DNA of 62,028 nucleotides, filler included, from Platydemus manokwari (Eukaryota): NCBI GenBank assembly GCA_037951405.1. It is 5 parts of 5 records of this genome, joined end to end, with 100 filler letters (N's around TTAATTAATTAA, not from the genome) between each part and the next. Parts side by side here need not be neighbours in the genome. Positions count along the whole stretch, not along the records: positions 19,813 to 30,961 come from JBBMOY010874421.1; positions 31,062 to 42,035 come from JBBMOY011006636.1; 3 more parts are not named here. One strand, 5' to 3'. Shown piece by piece: positions 27,195 to 41,395 of this stretch (position 1 is its first letter; each line of letters starts with the position of its first letter). The notes under the pieces were generated by a model. It saw only the letters and a program-made list of their open reading frames with translations, ran no database searches and was not told where the DNA came from. The position numbers and the translations under genes were made by a program.

Positions 27195-29969
27195 TTAGGA
27201 GTCTCTATCGCAATGACATTTTAGCTTTACAGCATATCCTTCACATTATATATTATCTAGGCAATATAACGAGGTTATTTGATTCATAAAGAATTTTTTC
27301 TTAACAAATATTCATTCAAATAAACACAAAATTAATCTCTTTATAATAAATAATAAATCACGCTCTTTATGCGGAAGCGTGAATACAATTTTTATAAATT
27401 TTATCATTTTTATATATTACTCATTTAGTTGTGATTCGTTATTTATTATTTGACGATATTTCATCTTATACGAAACATTGAGCTGTATGTATGATATTAT
27501 TATTATTATTTCAAATAATATGTATTACTGAATAGAATTCAAGTTAGTTAATAATGCAGGAATTTCAGATTTCGAAATGAGATCGTTGTTATTCATTTAA
27601 GCTGTTTCGGTGAGATAAATAAATTCCATTCCACTTATTTAGTAGTCAATGTATTTTATTTTCTGTATAAATCGGTATACATTGATTGGAGTACTTTTTA
27701 TGGTCATCATTTGATCGATTTTTATTTGTTTTTTCAAATATTAAAATTGAATTTCTTAACATTTGATTATTATTATTATAATCGAAATATCATTTCATAT
27801 CAGGTCAGTTATCGAAATTCATCAGTCTAAAATATTACTTTATGCCAAAAGATAATTTAGTTCCCATAATGTGATCACAGTACAATTCATCGGAAATATT
27901 TCACCTAATAATTTTTAATTAAACTAACTGTGTACTTTATTTGAAAAATATTGGTATTATTAGTTAGAAAGAAAAATGTAAATAACGAGATCGCACATTA
28001 TCAAACAGTTATTTTCAATATCTGGAATACTTAATATTGAAAAAAGCAATAATATATTCATTATCTGAAGATAAATATTAAAAGCTTTTGGTGAATCACA
28101 TTTATTCTTTACATCTCAGTGTAATATGAGAGCAGAGATATTTTGATAATGGTTCATAAATAATGATTTCATAATTTCACTCATAACGATAAATGTTTCA
28201 TTTCGAAACAGTGCAGATATTTTAAATATTGAAATATTTATTTTGAATTGTGTTAACGAGCTTTGAAATTTAATTAACATACCACGTGCTTTTAATTCTT
28301 AATCAAATTTCGTGATTAATTGGCGCATTATTTAAAACTAAGACAATTCTATCACTGTTTAGATTTTAAAAAAAAGTAGGTCAAACATTTTAGTTATTGA
28401 ATACATACAAATTGTCGTTACATATAATCACAGGGGCTTATTTTGAATAAAAATGACTAATTTTTTCTAGAAAGTCGATGAACTCGGTTAGTATTTTGTA
28501 ATTTATAATTATAATCATTGATAACTAGTTTATTTAACTCTCATAAACATGTAAGAAATAACTCCAAAACAGTAAGATGTGTATTTTATCTTTAGTAATG
28601 TCAATAATGACTTTTGGAATTCCTTTTAATCAATTTTGGCATTCAGTTAAGTTTGATTATATGGAATAATCTGACTGGGCCCCCACTATGCGTTCATATA
28701 AATAAGGGTTAATATGAATATCTAGCATGGCATAAGTTATTTTGAATTTTGACTATGTGAATTGTTGGTTAGATTTTCGACTATCTAATAATTAATGTTA
28801 ATAATAATGTGCACATAATATTGTTTAGTTTGAATTATGTAATTTTTTATCTTAAATTTGGATAAGTTTAGTGAATACATTTTAATTTGGTTTAATGAGC
28901 CGATTAAAAGATTATTCTCATATTATCTTTTTAAAGAATATTACTTTTACTTAAATTTATTGACAAGTGAATACAATATTCATCCAAAATACTTATGATA
29001 TTTTAAATGAAAATCCAGTATAATCTAGTAATTACATAAGTATATCTATCTGATACTATCATATCTATAATAATGAACATTAAAGAGAAGTGAGATTTTA
29101 GAGATCATAATATGTTGCATGGTGTGTGCTATTATTCTCACCTGACACAGTCACGTGATAAATAGACCAAAATTTGTTTTGTGACCCTGGATAATAACTC
29201 AGCTGCTAACTAGCGAAGTCATATCACTAAATGAGCGAATACTACGTAATTTTATTTATTTTCTCACAGAAAATGAAGATCAGTGTGATATTATGACTTG
29301 CTTTAATATTGATTGATCTTAGTCTAAAATGTGATTTATTTAAAATAGTTTCAATTCAAATTAAATATCTTAGAAAATGGAATGAAACATTTAAACATCT
29401 TCAAATATCTGGATATTTGTAATTTTAAATTATCTTTTAAAATTTTGCAGTTGTCAATTGAGAAAATTTATAAATTAGAATAAAAAACAATTATTCTCCT
29501 GAACTAATTTACAGAAATTTAAACATTTTGAATATTTTAATGATATCAGTGTCATTTAGTTAAGTCCGATGATTAAATTCATATCTACTTATATGTATAT
29601 ACTTGAATTTTATATATATATTCACTCAATACATTTAAACAAATAACAGAAATATTTATTTAAAACCCTTGAATCGAATTATGCATATTTGTAAAATATT
29701 TTAAATAATTTATTCGAAATTATTTAACATATTATTCATTGTATAACAATTTTAACTCAATAATACTTGTAACTTTGAATTTTTTATAATGAAAATATTT
29801 AAATAAACTTTTATTAATATATTTATTAAAAATTTAAATGCCATTTATAAAATATTTTGTTTTTGCGTCTCTCTCTCTCTTAATATATAAAGGTTAAATT
29901 TGGTTTTAATAATTGATTGAAGCGATCAAAATAGAAAGCCCTTACAGTGTTTAAGATATAAAAACTTAT

Positions 29970-30295
29970 CAACCAATAAATTTCTTTACAATGAATGAAC
30001 AAACACCAATAACATTTGATAAACAAGATCCCATAATATTAAACATTGTTAATACCATTTAAATGAATTTGTAATACCTCATTCGAAGAGACATTTTGGT
30101 ATCATTTCAAAAATATAATATTGGATTGCATATTGTCCATTCATTAAAGTCAATTTAAATGCATCCACTAGACATGGAATCTGATCTGAGAATTAAATCT
30201 TTAGTATTGAGCCGATAGTCAATCATAAGACGTCTGTCTTTTACGGTGAGTTTCGATCAAACTATTTTACATGCAATTATTTATTGTTCATCCTT
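29970..30295 (-). pseudogene. Possible decayed exon of a family-B/adhesion-type GPCR (TM1 region)
   Basis: One frame with several stops, ending LTMFNIMGSCLSNVIGVCSFIV, similar to the TM1 IGCSLSIIG pattern. Confidence 0.25.
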
Positions 30296-30961
30296 AACAG
30301 TAAAAAGTAAAATAAATTTTTTGAATGGATCAATGTACGATAATGAATAATTGGGTCATTATATATGTATATTTGTTTGAATCAAATTTTTAATAATATA
30401 TTTATATAATTTTGTCAGTTTTACCTTATTATTTTCAAATTTTGTGTACATTATAAATTTTTCATTTTCGAATATCATTTGAACTACATCTTCTTTTCAA
30501 TATTATTACTGACAAAATATTTATGTTTATATTATCAAATTATAGAAATATCAAAATTAATATTTTATTTGTAATATATTAAACTAAATAAAACCAAACT
30601 ATTAAGTATAATTAATTAATTTTAGTTTTATGATAGTCTTTTGTCACTCGTTTTTTTGATATGACTTAAAATACGTATTATAAAATTATTTATTATTAAG
30701 GAATTTTTCTTTTTCTTAGATTTATAATATTAAAAATAAAGATCTATGAAAATATCTAACATGAAAGTACTGGCATCATTTATTTGGCTGTAAGCTGGAT
30801 TTCATTCAATATTGTTCCATTGATTAATAAAATGGCAATGAAAATAAATAATCATATTAATATATTTCCGTAAAAAGGCAAAATACAAATTCTGTCCAAA
30901 TTGACATTTATTGATAAATTACAAATTATTATGAAAAGATCTAAAATATTTTTTTCAAAAA

Positions 30962-31061
30962 NNNNNNNNNNNNNNNNNNNNNNNNNNNNNNNNNNNNNNN
31001 NNNNNTTAATTAATTAANNNNNNNNNNNNNNNNNNNNNNNNNNNNNNNNNNNNNNNNNNNN
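30962..31061. other. Artificial contig spacer
   Basis: Same pattern. Confidence 0.98.
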
Positions 31062-31194
31062 TTTATACTTTATTATTTATTTTTAGAAAAATAAATTTAT
31101 TTCTTTATCTTTCAACTTATTCTCATTCTTTAACAATAATCATTCGTTTTATTTTTAATTATTTTTAAAATAATGTTAAAATATAGACTCATCA

Positions 31195-31550
31195 ATATTA
31201 TGTTTTTGGCATTTTATTTAAAACAAACTTCTTAAAATATGAAAATTAAAATTCGTCGAGCATATCAAAATGAATAATGATAATAATTATCAGAATGGAA
31301 TTCATCACTGTAAATAAAAATGTTTAATTTTAATTAATGATAGATTTTATATTTTGAAAAATTGAGTGTTTATTTATTACTATAATTGAATGGATTAATA
31401 TAATCGGCGGCGTTTTATCAAGCTCAAACATACCAAAGGCCAGAATTCAAAATCGTGCATCGTTATTTAGCCAAAATCTGTAAGAAATCGACTGAATCAA
31501 CTAAAAGTCAATTATGGAGAAAAACCACTGGAGAAACCAGACTCGACTGC
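31195..31550 (-). pseudogene. Copy A of small secreted-protein family (disrupted)
   Basis: ATG at 31305: MNSILIIIIIIHFDMLDEF*FSYFKKFVLNKMPKT*. About 240 bp upstream aligns with 37010-37245. Confidence 0.7.
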
Positions 31551-33008
31551 TTCATGAAAAGACTTTCGTCCTACCTCACTAAAATCTTGCTCGTAGTTAA
31601 GTTCTCATAACTCGTTGTTTCGTCTTGCAAACACTAAATATAAAGGCATTCATAATAACAATAATAAAATTCCCTTAATCGGAAATTTTTTCCTTATCTA
31701 AAATGATAAAGTTAAGAATATTTAAGCTTTTATTCTATATAAAATTTTTTACAAGTACTTGAATCCACCTCCAGAAATGATCTTTGAACCAAGATAAACG
31801 CGCTTGCCAATAAAAATTGATAATAAGTTTGAGAAGACCATACAGTCGCTCAGTTTACACTTAATAAAAAGGAAATAATAAATAAATAAACATAACAATA
31901 AGTATGTACAAAAAAGTCAACTATTTTTGGTCTTGGCTTCCCTATTATATATTAAACAAGGTATTGGGGTTAATTAGCCGCCTCAGGTCCTTTCCCGGGT
32001 GCATAATCATGTTTATATGACTGTTTAATTGACGAACTTGTCAGAAGTGAAGCCAAATATGAGGTTTCTTTTTGATCCATTTCTATTTGCTTAAATACAC
32101 TAACATTTTGAGAAACCCAAGGTCACAAACAACCAGCATTAATAACATGAACATTAACTGAATATATAGATTGCCTAGCAATATGTACATCAAATTTGAC
32201 ATACCTTTTGTGTTTACTCTCCAAGTGTTTCCTGAAGTTCTTTTGATCATAGCTATGAAGCTAAAAGAAAATTGAAGTGAGTAAATAATTGTGTTTTGGC
32301 GTAATAATTAAGTTTAGACCCACGGCCTTTTCTAAGCTAGCGCGATAAATAAATAATATACTTTCAGACAAAGTTCTTTACAATGTAGGTGCATATTATT
32401 AAATATTTAGGCCACTTATTCTCAAGATTTTTTGTGAAAATAAGTAATTTTTTTAATGTTGACCCATTAATTAAATTTCATTTTAAATTACATATATTTT
32501 TGAATTATTATCGATTGTAATTTGGTGATGAATTCGATAGCAATGCGTTTTAAAAAACCCAACAACAGCTATCACCGAAATAATCATTCAAATGATATAA
32601 CTATTTTCATTTTTGATTTTTAATTTGAACAAAACGATAAAGCAATTATGAGATTTTATACCAAGTTAAACATCTTGTATAACAAAAGATTATTTCGAAA
32701 TATAATACTTTTTCTTCTTCGATAATGGATAGAATATTGATATTTTAATCTTTATGGTTTGTGAGTAACGTTTGGGAAATATTATATTGTGTCACTGTAT
32801 AGGTTTGTCATGTGTTTTTATAAGAGATGAAATGATTATATTTTTATATGCTGATGTACATTTTTAGTAAATAATGAAAGAAATATTTAAATTATAATTC
32901 AGCAGTAAAATAAATTATCATCAACACAGTATTATATTATATTTCACAAGATAAGCAAAATTCTAATTTAATATTTATTTCAAATTAGCAGCACGAAAAC
33001 ATCATTTA

Positions 33009-33263
33009 TCATAACATTTTCTTCTTTGAATTTGCCATCTCAATTTTCTGATAGCCACCAAGTGCATTACCGATGCGAGCACAGTTTCCGAAAGCACATA
33101 TAGTTAAAGCGTCTATATAATTACAATTAAAAACAAGGGTGTAATGGGTACATGTTTTATTTGCCTTATTAAATAAAACCAACTTCTCAAACACTGAAAA
33201 TTGAAATGGCTCGAGCATATCTATTTGAATAATGATAATAATTATCACAATTGAATTCGTCAT
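33009..33263 (-). CDS. Copy B: intact 84-aa putative secreted Cys-containing orphan protein
   Basis: Hydrophobic N-terminus (MTNSIVIIIIIIQ), four Cys and a GGYQKI motif; frame and stop position are conserved with copy D. Confidence 0.6.
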   Translation of the reverse strand: MTNSIVIIIIIIQIDMLEPFQFSVFEKLVLFNKANKTCTHYTLVFNCNYIDALTICAFGNCARIGNALGGYQKIEMANSKKKML

Positions 33264-33569
33264 TGTAAATAATATATTTTAATTTTAATTTAAAAGATGG
33301 AAATTGAAATGAAATTGAGTGTTCATTTGTTACTGTACTTGGACGAATCAATATTATATTTATTTGATGTTTTATTATTGGAATTGATTTAGATAAACAA
33401 AATGAAAATGATTTATATCAAATATTCAAATTTGAGGTTTCATAAACCAATATTTTTTATCTGTGTTGTTTAAATTTTGTAATTTGTGTTATAATTTAGA
33501 ATAAATAATATTGTATTAAATTAATGAAAAATAAAAATTGTAAATATAACAAATCCAATCTTTACATGG

Positions 33570-36415
33570 TGTGATATATGTATATTTGCGTGTATTTGTT
33601 TAAATAATATAATATTTTTATAACATTTTGGATAAATTAATATTAATACTATTCGATTATTTCTTTATCACATAGCGTCAGTAGCAGATTTAGAAATATC
33701 TCGATAAAATTTCAAGGAATCAGAAATTTTTAATGGTGAAAATGTGGAAGAAAATATTTCATAAGTTGATGAATATGCAGAAGCGATGCAATTACCGCAA
33801 AATTTATATTAAATTATGAAGATGTAAAGTTGAAAGAAAATCATATTTAAGTTACACAGGAGATTTATAGTCAATAAAGTATATTCTTGTGAATATATAC
33901 AAAAAGCAATTTATCCACGGCCCTTGGAGTTCATCAAAGTCTTTCCGAAAATATCGAAATTTTTGGTAGTTGGAATTAATACTGAAAAAAAAGCTTCTTA
34001 ATAAGAGCTATAAATTTGGGCTGAACACAAATGTACGTGTCAGACTTCTCAAAGAAGAACTTAATATCTGGATTCCAGAATCCGATGATTAAAATATGCG
34101 CCTGGGACTCGGAGGACATAACATTGTAAGAAAAGTACATCATAGTATAGTGTGAGAATTTAAAACTCAACCAATACATTGCAAATTAAAAGTGCGCCGA
34201 AACTCTTCGAAAATCAGATTGCAAGAGAAATCAATGTTTCAAGTTTAAACAGAAAAGACATTATGCTCGATTTTGTAAGTCAGTTGAATGTTTTCTATGT
34301 GGTTGTCCCAATTAGTGAAGAATCTTTTGTACAGATTTCAAGGATGTCAAATATTTAAATGCCGAGGAAAGAAGTATTAAATCAGAAGAAAATGATATTT
34401 CGAGCTCAGTTATACATTCGGATAAAGAATGAAAGGATTACTTTAAGATAAATGAGATTGATGTAACTTTAATTTTTATAACCTAGATAGAAACTTTAAA
34501 CTGTTATAAATCCGGTTTATATTTATTGGTAAATTTGAACCCAAATGCGAAAGGCGCTAATAAGATTTGTATTGAATGAAATAGAAAGAAGAATAGATGA
34601 AATATTCAAAAACAAATAATCTTATGATGATTTTATCGAAATACATAAATAGTTTTAGAGCAGTTCAATAGGACACGAGAAAATTCGATATCGTAAGACA
34701 TGGTATCCAAACAAAAACTGACCAACCAATAGCTGTCAAGTGTCAAAGAATTCCATTAGAATTAGAAGAAGTTAAACATCTAAAAGATGGAATGTTTGAA
34801 GTAATGCAAAATGGGAAATGCTTGTCATAAAATAAGGTTGAGCGAATAAAAAGTGCGTAGATTATAGGGAGATCAGTTTTTCAATATCGAATCCTGAAGG
34901 AATTTTTGATGATTTACAAGATAACATATATTTTTCAACAATAAATTTAACGAACCGATATCGTCAAGTTATTTTGGAGGAAGAAGCAAAGAGAAAATAT
35001 TTTAAGTTTAATCAAGTGCTTTTGTATTATGTTCAGCACTTGCCACTTTGCAGAAAAATTATGAATGTGGTAGTGAAGACTGAAAATTGGACAAATTGTG
35101 TGATGTATATTGATGATATTCTGATATTTAGAATAAGAGTCAATGAACACAATAAAAGTTTGGAAATAGATTTCAATCGAATCGGTGACGCTGGTTTTAA
35201 AATGTCTTCAATGAAATGTTTTTCCTATAATACAAATTAAGGATTGCAAAAAACGGCAAAAGAACGTATGAAACTAAGATTGAAGAAATATTGGTTAACA
35301 CCTCAATCTATCAAAGATTTACATGGATTTCCACGATGATGTTGATTTTATAAGCGGTTTATAAAATATTTTACTGACATTACCCATTCACTATACCAAA
35401 GTACCAAAGAGAGTACATTTGAACGGAACTGCATCTTTTCACAAATTGAAAAAGACATTAATTTCACCCCAAGTTCTAAGTTTACCCGGCAAAGAAGGGA
35501 AATATGTTTTGAATACTGATGCAACTTTCTGTGGCTGTTAGAGCCTTGCTTTCACAAATACTTAACAATAAAGAACAAGTGATATCGTAAGTATCAAGAA
35601 AACCTGAAAATCCCCAGTATAAATATTGTATAACAAGAAATTGATTGCAATCTATTGACGCGTTTCAAAATATTCAAGCATTAACTATTTGGTAAGAAAT
35701 GTATTGCCAGAACTTATCATGTTGCTCTAAACTGGTTACTGAATTGAGGTATCTCAATAGATCACAATATTGAATATTGAAAGCAGAGGTGAGAATATTT
35801 GAAATGAAAATAGAATACTGAAAAATGAAACAACACACCAATGCACAATAATTATTATAAAGGGTCTATAAAGCATCAAACCAACTAAAAAGACGTAATA
35901 AAGAAAAAGTGATGAGCCGTGTAACGAACATGAAAAATTTTTGTGTCTCGTAGGACAAGACAGATTTTAGATCAGAATAAATTCAATAGTCATTGGAAGT
36001 CCTATAGATTTATCGATATTTACATGTTACAAAAGTATGTGAAAAAAAAAGGATTACATGCAATTTGAGCATAAAGTACTTATAGTAGAAATAGAGCTAA
36101 ATTGCAATCAATAATTACAAATTAGCCCTTCAGAATTACTGGTATCGAGTATCGAAAGTATGGACAAGCAACAAAGGATCATTAATAGAAATGATGAATT
36201 AGAAAAAGAAAAACTACCAAACATTGACAAGAGAATGAAGAAGCCTACCAGAAGTAAGAATACAGCAAGATACCTGAATTCCACAGACATAAGGACACAT
36301 ATATATTTATACAGATGTGGTGTATAAATATATGTGTCTTTGTTTAAATATTGTAATATTTGTATAATTTTTGAATAAATATATGTTAATACTACCCTGC
36401 TATTTCTTTATCATA
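33570..36415 (+). mobile_element. Internally deleted Ty3/gypsy element with both LTRs (33570-33672 and 36316-36415)
   Basis: Two ~100-bp direct repeats, TGTG...TTTCTTTATCA(C/T)A; PBS-like TAGCGTCAGTAG after the 5' LTR; RT motifs IFDDLQDNIYFSTINLTNRYRQV and CVMYIDDILIF; RNase H YVLNTDA; degenerate 5-bp TSD CATGG/CCTCG; integrase not recognisable. Confidence 0.85.
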
Positions 36416-36863
36416 CCTCGTTACGAAAATATTCTTTTAAATTATTTAAGACTTGTACTTATGGGTTGTTATTTCACTTTTACATTTGTCATCTATAAAT
36501 TTTATATCTTTAAAAGTTAATTGGGTGGGGTGTTTGAAACGATAAGATTGTTTCTATGAATACCAACTCTTGGTCAGGAAAATAAATAATATATATTAAA
36601 AGGCAACTTCAAAAATATAACTCTTCTTGAAGGCCTAAATGAGATTCCTTGTCTCTTATTACAACAGTTTTAAAATATTCTAAAAATCGTTATTCTTTTT
36701 GTTGATCATTTACAATAAAATTCTGGAATATGTCAATAATTACTTATTTACCTTTATAATCTCTATAAAATAAACTGATTGTCACATTGTAGAAATCAAT
36801 GTAGGCTCGTTATGGAAATCATCAGATGTGTTGTGTTACACATAATATGTTATGACAAGAGAT

Positions 36864-37245
36864 TCACAGCGTTTTTATAATAGTGGTGTAGCGAATATAT
36901 AATGTTTTCGGCATTTTATCTAAAACAATTTTCTCAATCAATGAAAATTGAAATTGATCGAGCTTATCAAAATGAATAATGATAATAATTATCACAATTG
37001 AATTCATTAGGTTAAATGAAAATGTTTATTTTTAATTTAGGATAGATTTTATATTTTTATAAATTGAGTGTTTTTTATTACTATAATTGGATGAATTAAT
37101 AATATTTTTATTTACTGTTTATAATTGGCGGCGTTCTATCAAGGGCAAACATAACAAGGGCCAAAATTCAAAATCGTGGATTGTTTTAAAGGCAAAATCT
37201 GTAAGAATCTACTGAATCGACTGGAGAAACCAGACTGGACTAGCT
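36864..37245 (-). pseudogene. Copy C of small secreted-protein family (47-aa truncated ORF 37007-36864 plus conserved upstream)
   Basis: MNSIVIIIIIIHFDKLDQFQFSLIEKIVLDKMPKTLYIRYTTIIKTL*. Confidence 0.7.
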
Positions 37246-37769
37246 CACTGATTTTAATCAATTCAAAGATTTGTTGTTAATTATCAACTCATTCTGGGAT
37301 AAACCTTCCAATAATTTTTTCAAAATTTAAATTTATCAATCTATGAATTATAATTTCCTTTAAATACTTTATGGAAATACTTTTTCAAATTTTATTGTTT
37401 TACTTAAAAATTCTTACTCTATCCGAAATTCTAAATTATGGTTTTACATTTGAACTAAGATTTATGCTTACTCAAACAGATCTAACACCAACACTGGAAT
37501 TAAATTTATTTTTATATTAGAAAAAGGATTAATCTAAAAATGGAGTTTTCTAAGAGTATCATCTATTCGATATCCAATTAGTAATAATTAATTTATCATT
37601 TAACTAGTCTAGCGTACATGCTTTAAAAATAATTTCATGTAAAAACCAATTTTGAATAGTGCTGGATTGCGATTTTTATACCCAAATAAGCTGATTAAAG
37701 GATTAATTAAGTTTAAGTCCTTAAAATAATTCAATTGTTAATTTTGATGGAATAATAATTCCAATCGTA

Positions 37770-39120
37770 AAATCAATGTTAAACATGATTATAAAAAATA
37801 ATTAATATGTTATGGTGATGTGTCTAGTTTCATAACCCGAAACCGATTCATCATAGCTTTAACTACCAAGCTAAGAAAGTTATTACCTAATTCAATAATT
37901 AGTGAGTATATTCTACAGTTTCTAAAAATACATGCAACTGTTTCTGGTTTTTTATTTTTAATTTGGGAGACTCTGGCAATTTTATCAATTAATCGCAGAG
38001 TGTAGGATTTTATTTATTTTCATAAATGATCTAATTGTGTTAATGGATGTCATTTCTTTGGTCAGAGAGACTTGATTACATGGGCATCCATGATGTTTTG
38101 TTCAGTACTCCATTATTTCGCCTGGTTATATATATTTTACAAGGATAATATCTAGGAACCAATTCCATTGTAGTCCAATAATAATTTGATTTCAGACTCT
38201 ATGTCCTTCTATGAGATAAATGAGCTTCAAATACACTATAATGGTACTGCATGAGTAGTATAAGTTTATGTTTGTCAGCCACTACTAATAATATATCTTT
38301 AACATTATAATATTTTAATAACTCTTCATATATAAAAAATATTGGTTTAGATCTCCACTATAAAAACTTTGGAAATTTTTAATTCATTTTATTCCATTCT
38401 ATTTCATTACACTCTATTTTCCAGATCTGTATCGAATTTCAATATCTTGTTGTTGAAACTTCATGACTCATTTAATTAATCTATTTGCACACATTTTCAT
38501 GATTCATAAGCCTTTTATGGAATCACGGTTAGTTTATAATATGATTGTGTGATCAAATATATATTTTCGAAAATTTGATTGCTAATGCTTCCCTTTCTAT
38601 AGTTAAATAATATTTTTTTAATTTGATAATTTTGCAATTGAAATAGTACATTTTTCTCTAATACTGTGCTAATAGAGTAAGCAAAATATTATAAATTTTC
38701 TATAGCAATTTGGAAGACTGTGAAAAGATCTAACTTCATCAATATTGTTTTGAGTTGGATATTTTAGTATTTTATACAATCGCACTGGGTTATCGCTATT
38801 AATCAACAATTTAGATCTGAAAACTATATTATCTAAAATATCTCAAAAATACATGTAAATCTCTTCGCAACTCGTTATGGTTAATCACACATTTGAGGAT
38901 CAGCACCTTAAAGTTTTAAACAGAATATAAGATAATCAGAAATACTGATTAACAAAACTACAAAAAGATAATTTTAAAACTTGAGTTATCCACTAAAACG
39001 ACTAGCAGTTATCCTTGGAATTCAATCACCTTTATTGTCCTATTGGATGTGCCTGCTCAATGACAAATTTGCTGAATTTGTTCATAGAAAGGTCTACTTG
39101 AAATTTTCCTCAAATCTCTA
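37770..39120 (-). mobile_element. Degenerate Ty3/gypsy pol (RNase H - integrase)
   Basis: RPF...DNKGD*IPRITASR (RNase H); HYSVFEAHLSHRRT*SLKSNYYWTTM...C (integrase zinc finger); IKNKKPETVA...ELGNNFLS...DTSP*H (integrase core). Confidence 0.7.
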
Positions 39121-41146
39121 ATAATTAATAGAGTACGATTATGAATGTTGAAAATAAAAACTCTTAAATAAATGAAGGAAAGAAACTAAACTTCACTGCC
39201 GTTGCAAAACAAGCGAACAGAATAAACTCCTCTAATCAGAGAAATACGTGTACATAGTTGGGCACTTTCTTGGATCTAATAGCAATAACTCCACATATTC
39301 TTTATTTAAGATCTCTGCGCGTATTATTTAAAATTCTTCTTTGATCGAATATAAATTTTTGTGTGTTCAGCGATAGAATTATTGAAGATTTACATGTAAG
39401 TTTTTAGGTGATTATCAAATGAGATTCTAATTGACTATTTATACTAATTCGATAACCAGACGGCTTATAATTCATACATTCTTTAATAATTTTCTAGATG
39501 TATCTTTACAGATTTAATTATCTATTAATTTACAATTATTTTTTTCTTTCTTAACAATAGTATTTACTCAATAATATAATAATAATTACAATTAACAACA
39601 ATAAATGATGATTGACTGTAATAAATAATCAACAATTATTATAAACTTTAAATAATCATTAGTCTAATAATGATTCATATAAATTATAGTTATTAAATAG
39701 TTAAAATCAATTTTTTTGTAATTAATGGCATTTTAAGAAAGTTCAAATCAATAAGAATTGATAAATTTGATTTTTTTCTTTCATAGTCAAATTATCTATG
39801 TTGCTGTAGAAGATAGAGTACTAATAATGAAAGAAACGCTAGATAAAGGTCTTTAAGACATGATGAGGAACAATCATTAGAGAAGCTACAAACTATGCAA
39901 ATAAAGAATGACAGCAATAACAAGAAATACTGAAAAAATAAGAGATATGAAAAAGGAGGAATACAACATGCGATAAATAATAAAAACTTACAGAGGCTTA
40001 AAATTATTAAAGAAAAGATATTTGTATAAAAAGTTTTATAACAATGAAATTTTGAACATCAAACAAATCTTGAACATCATACAATACAGTTGACGTACAT
40101 TATTTGTTTTGAATTTTATTATGGTATTTTAAAGCCCAAATATCATGAAATTTATCGATATCTTAAATATGGAACAGGATCGTACATTATAAATATTAAA
40201 AAAGAAGACATATAATGTTTTTTATATATAATGAATTTATATATTATGAATTTGATCTGTTGTATATTGATAATAGACATACTTCTCTCAATATTGAGGA
40301 CCACTATTTATACACTGTAATGTTTACCATATGAACAGCTTTATTAAAAATATCGAACCTATGACAAAAAAGAAAATAAATAAGAAATATATTTATATTA
40401 TTTGTATATTAGCAACAATTTGAAACTGCAAATCTATATTAATGAAAATAATACCCTTGAAATCTCAATAATAATAATGACAAATCTTTACGTAATTCGC
40501 AAAGAAAATCACTCACGATGAGGTCAGTGTACAAGATTTTGAAAACAGAATGAAGAGAAATCAAAAAGACTGATTAATAAAATGACACATAAGAAAAGCA
40601 TTGAAATTACCGACCAAAATTTTTACAAGAATTCATAGAATTCAGTCTCCTTTATAGAACCATTGGATGTGTCGTCTTCATGTCACGGATATTTGCTTTC
40701 AATTCAATTTCTTTGTGGATCGACTCATTTAAGAATTACCGTAAATATCTCATGTCATTGGCAATTATTTGATGTTGCTGATTGGTTAACAGCACGTGTT
40801 TATTGGTTTTGTGTGTATTGAAACTTTTTAGCGTTTTTCTTGGTTCTTGGGATCCTTTGACTAATTTCTTTTATACCCAACAATATTAATATGATACACC
40901 ATATAATATTTATTTAGAGTATCCAATTTAAGTTTCAATTTTGTAATGTATTGTCAAAAGATCAAATTTTAAAATTCTAAAATTATCTAAATCAATTCTA
41001 ACAACACAGCATTAAATAAATATAATAATGATATAATATATAATATAATATATTAATATAATATATTAATAACATTAACAAATGAAAACTCAATTTTTCA
41101 AATTCAAAAACTAATTCTCAAATTTTAATTATTAAATTTTATTTAG

Positions 41147-41395
41147 AATGATTCGACTGTGATACTTTCTTTCAGTATTCAATTAGATGTGCTCGAATAA
41201 TTTCAATTTCCATCTTTTGAGAAGTTTGCTTTTTTTAGTAAGCCAAATAAAACATGTGAACTTTACAAGGATATAATAAATTGCAATAATATAGACGATT
41301 TAACGAAAAGTGCTTTTAAAAGCTGCTCGGTTTACACCAATGACAATGGTGGTTATAGAAAAATTGGTGAAATTAAGTCTAAGAAGAACATATGA
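41147..41395 (+). pseudogene. Copy D of small secreted-protein family (inverted, frameshifted start, one internal stop)
   Basis: NDSTVILSFSIQLDVLE*FQFPSFEKFAFFSKPNKTCELYKDIINCNNIDDLTKSAFKSCSVYTNDNGGYRKIGEIKSKKNI* is collinear with copy B, including the 3' flank. Confidence 0.8.
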
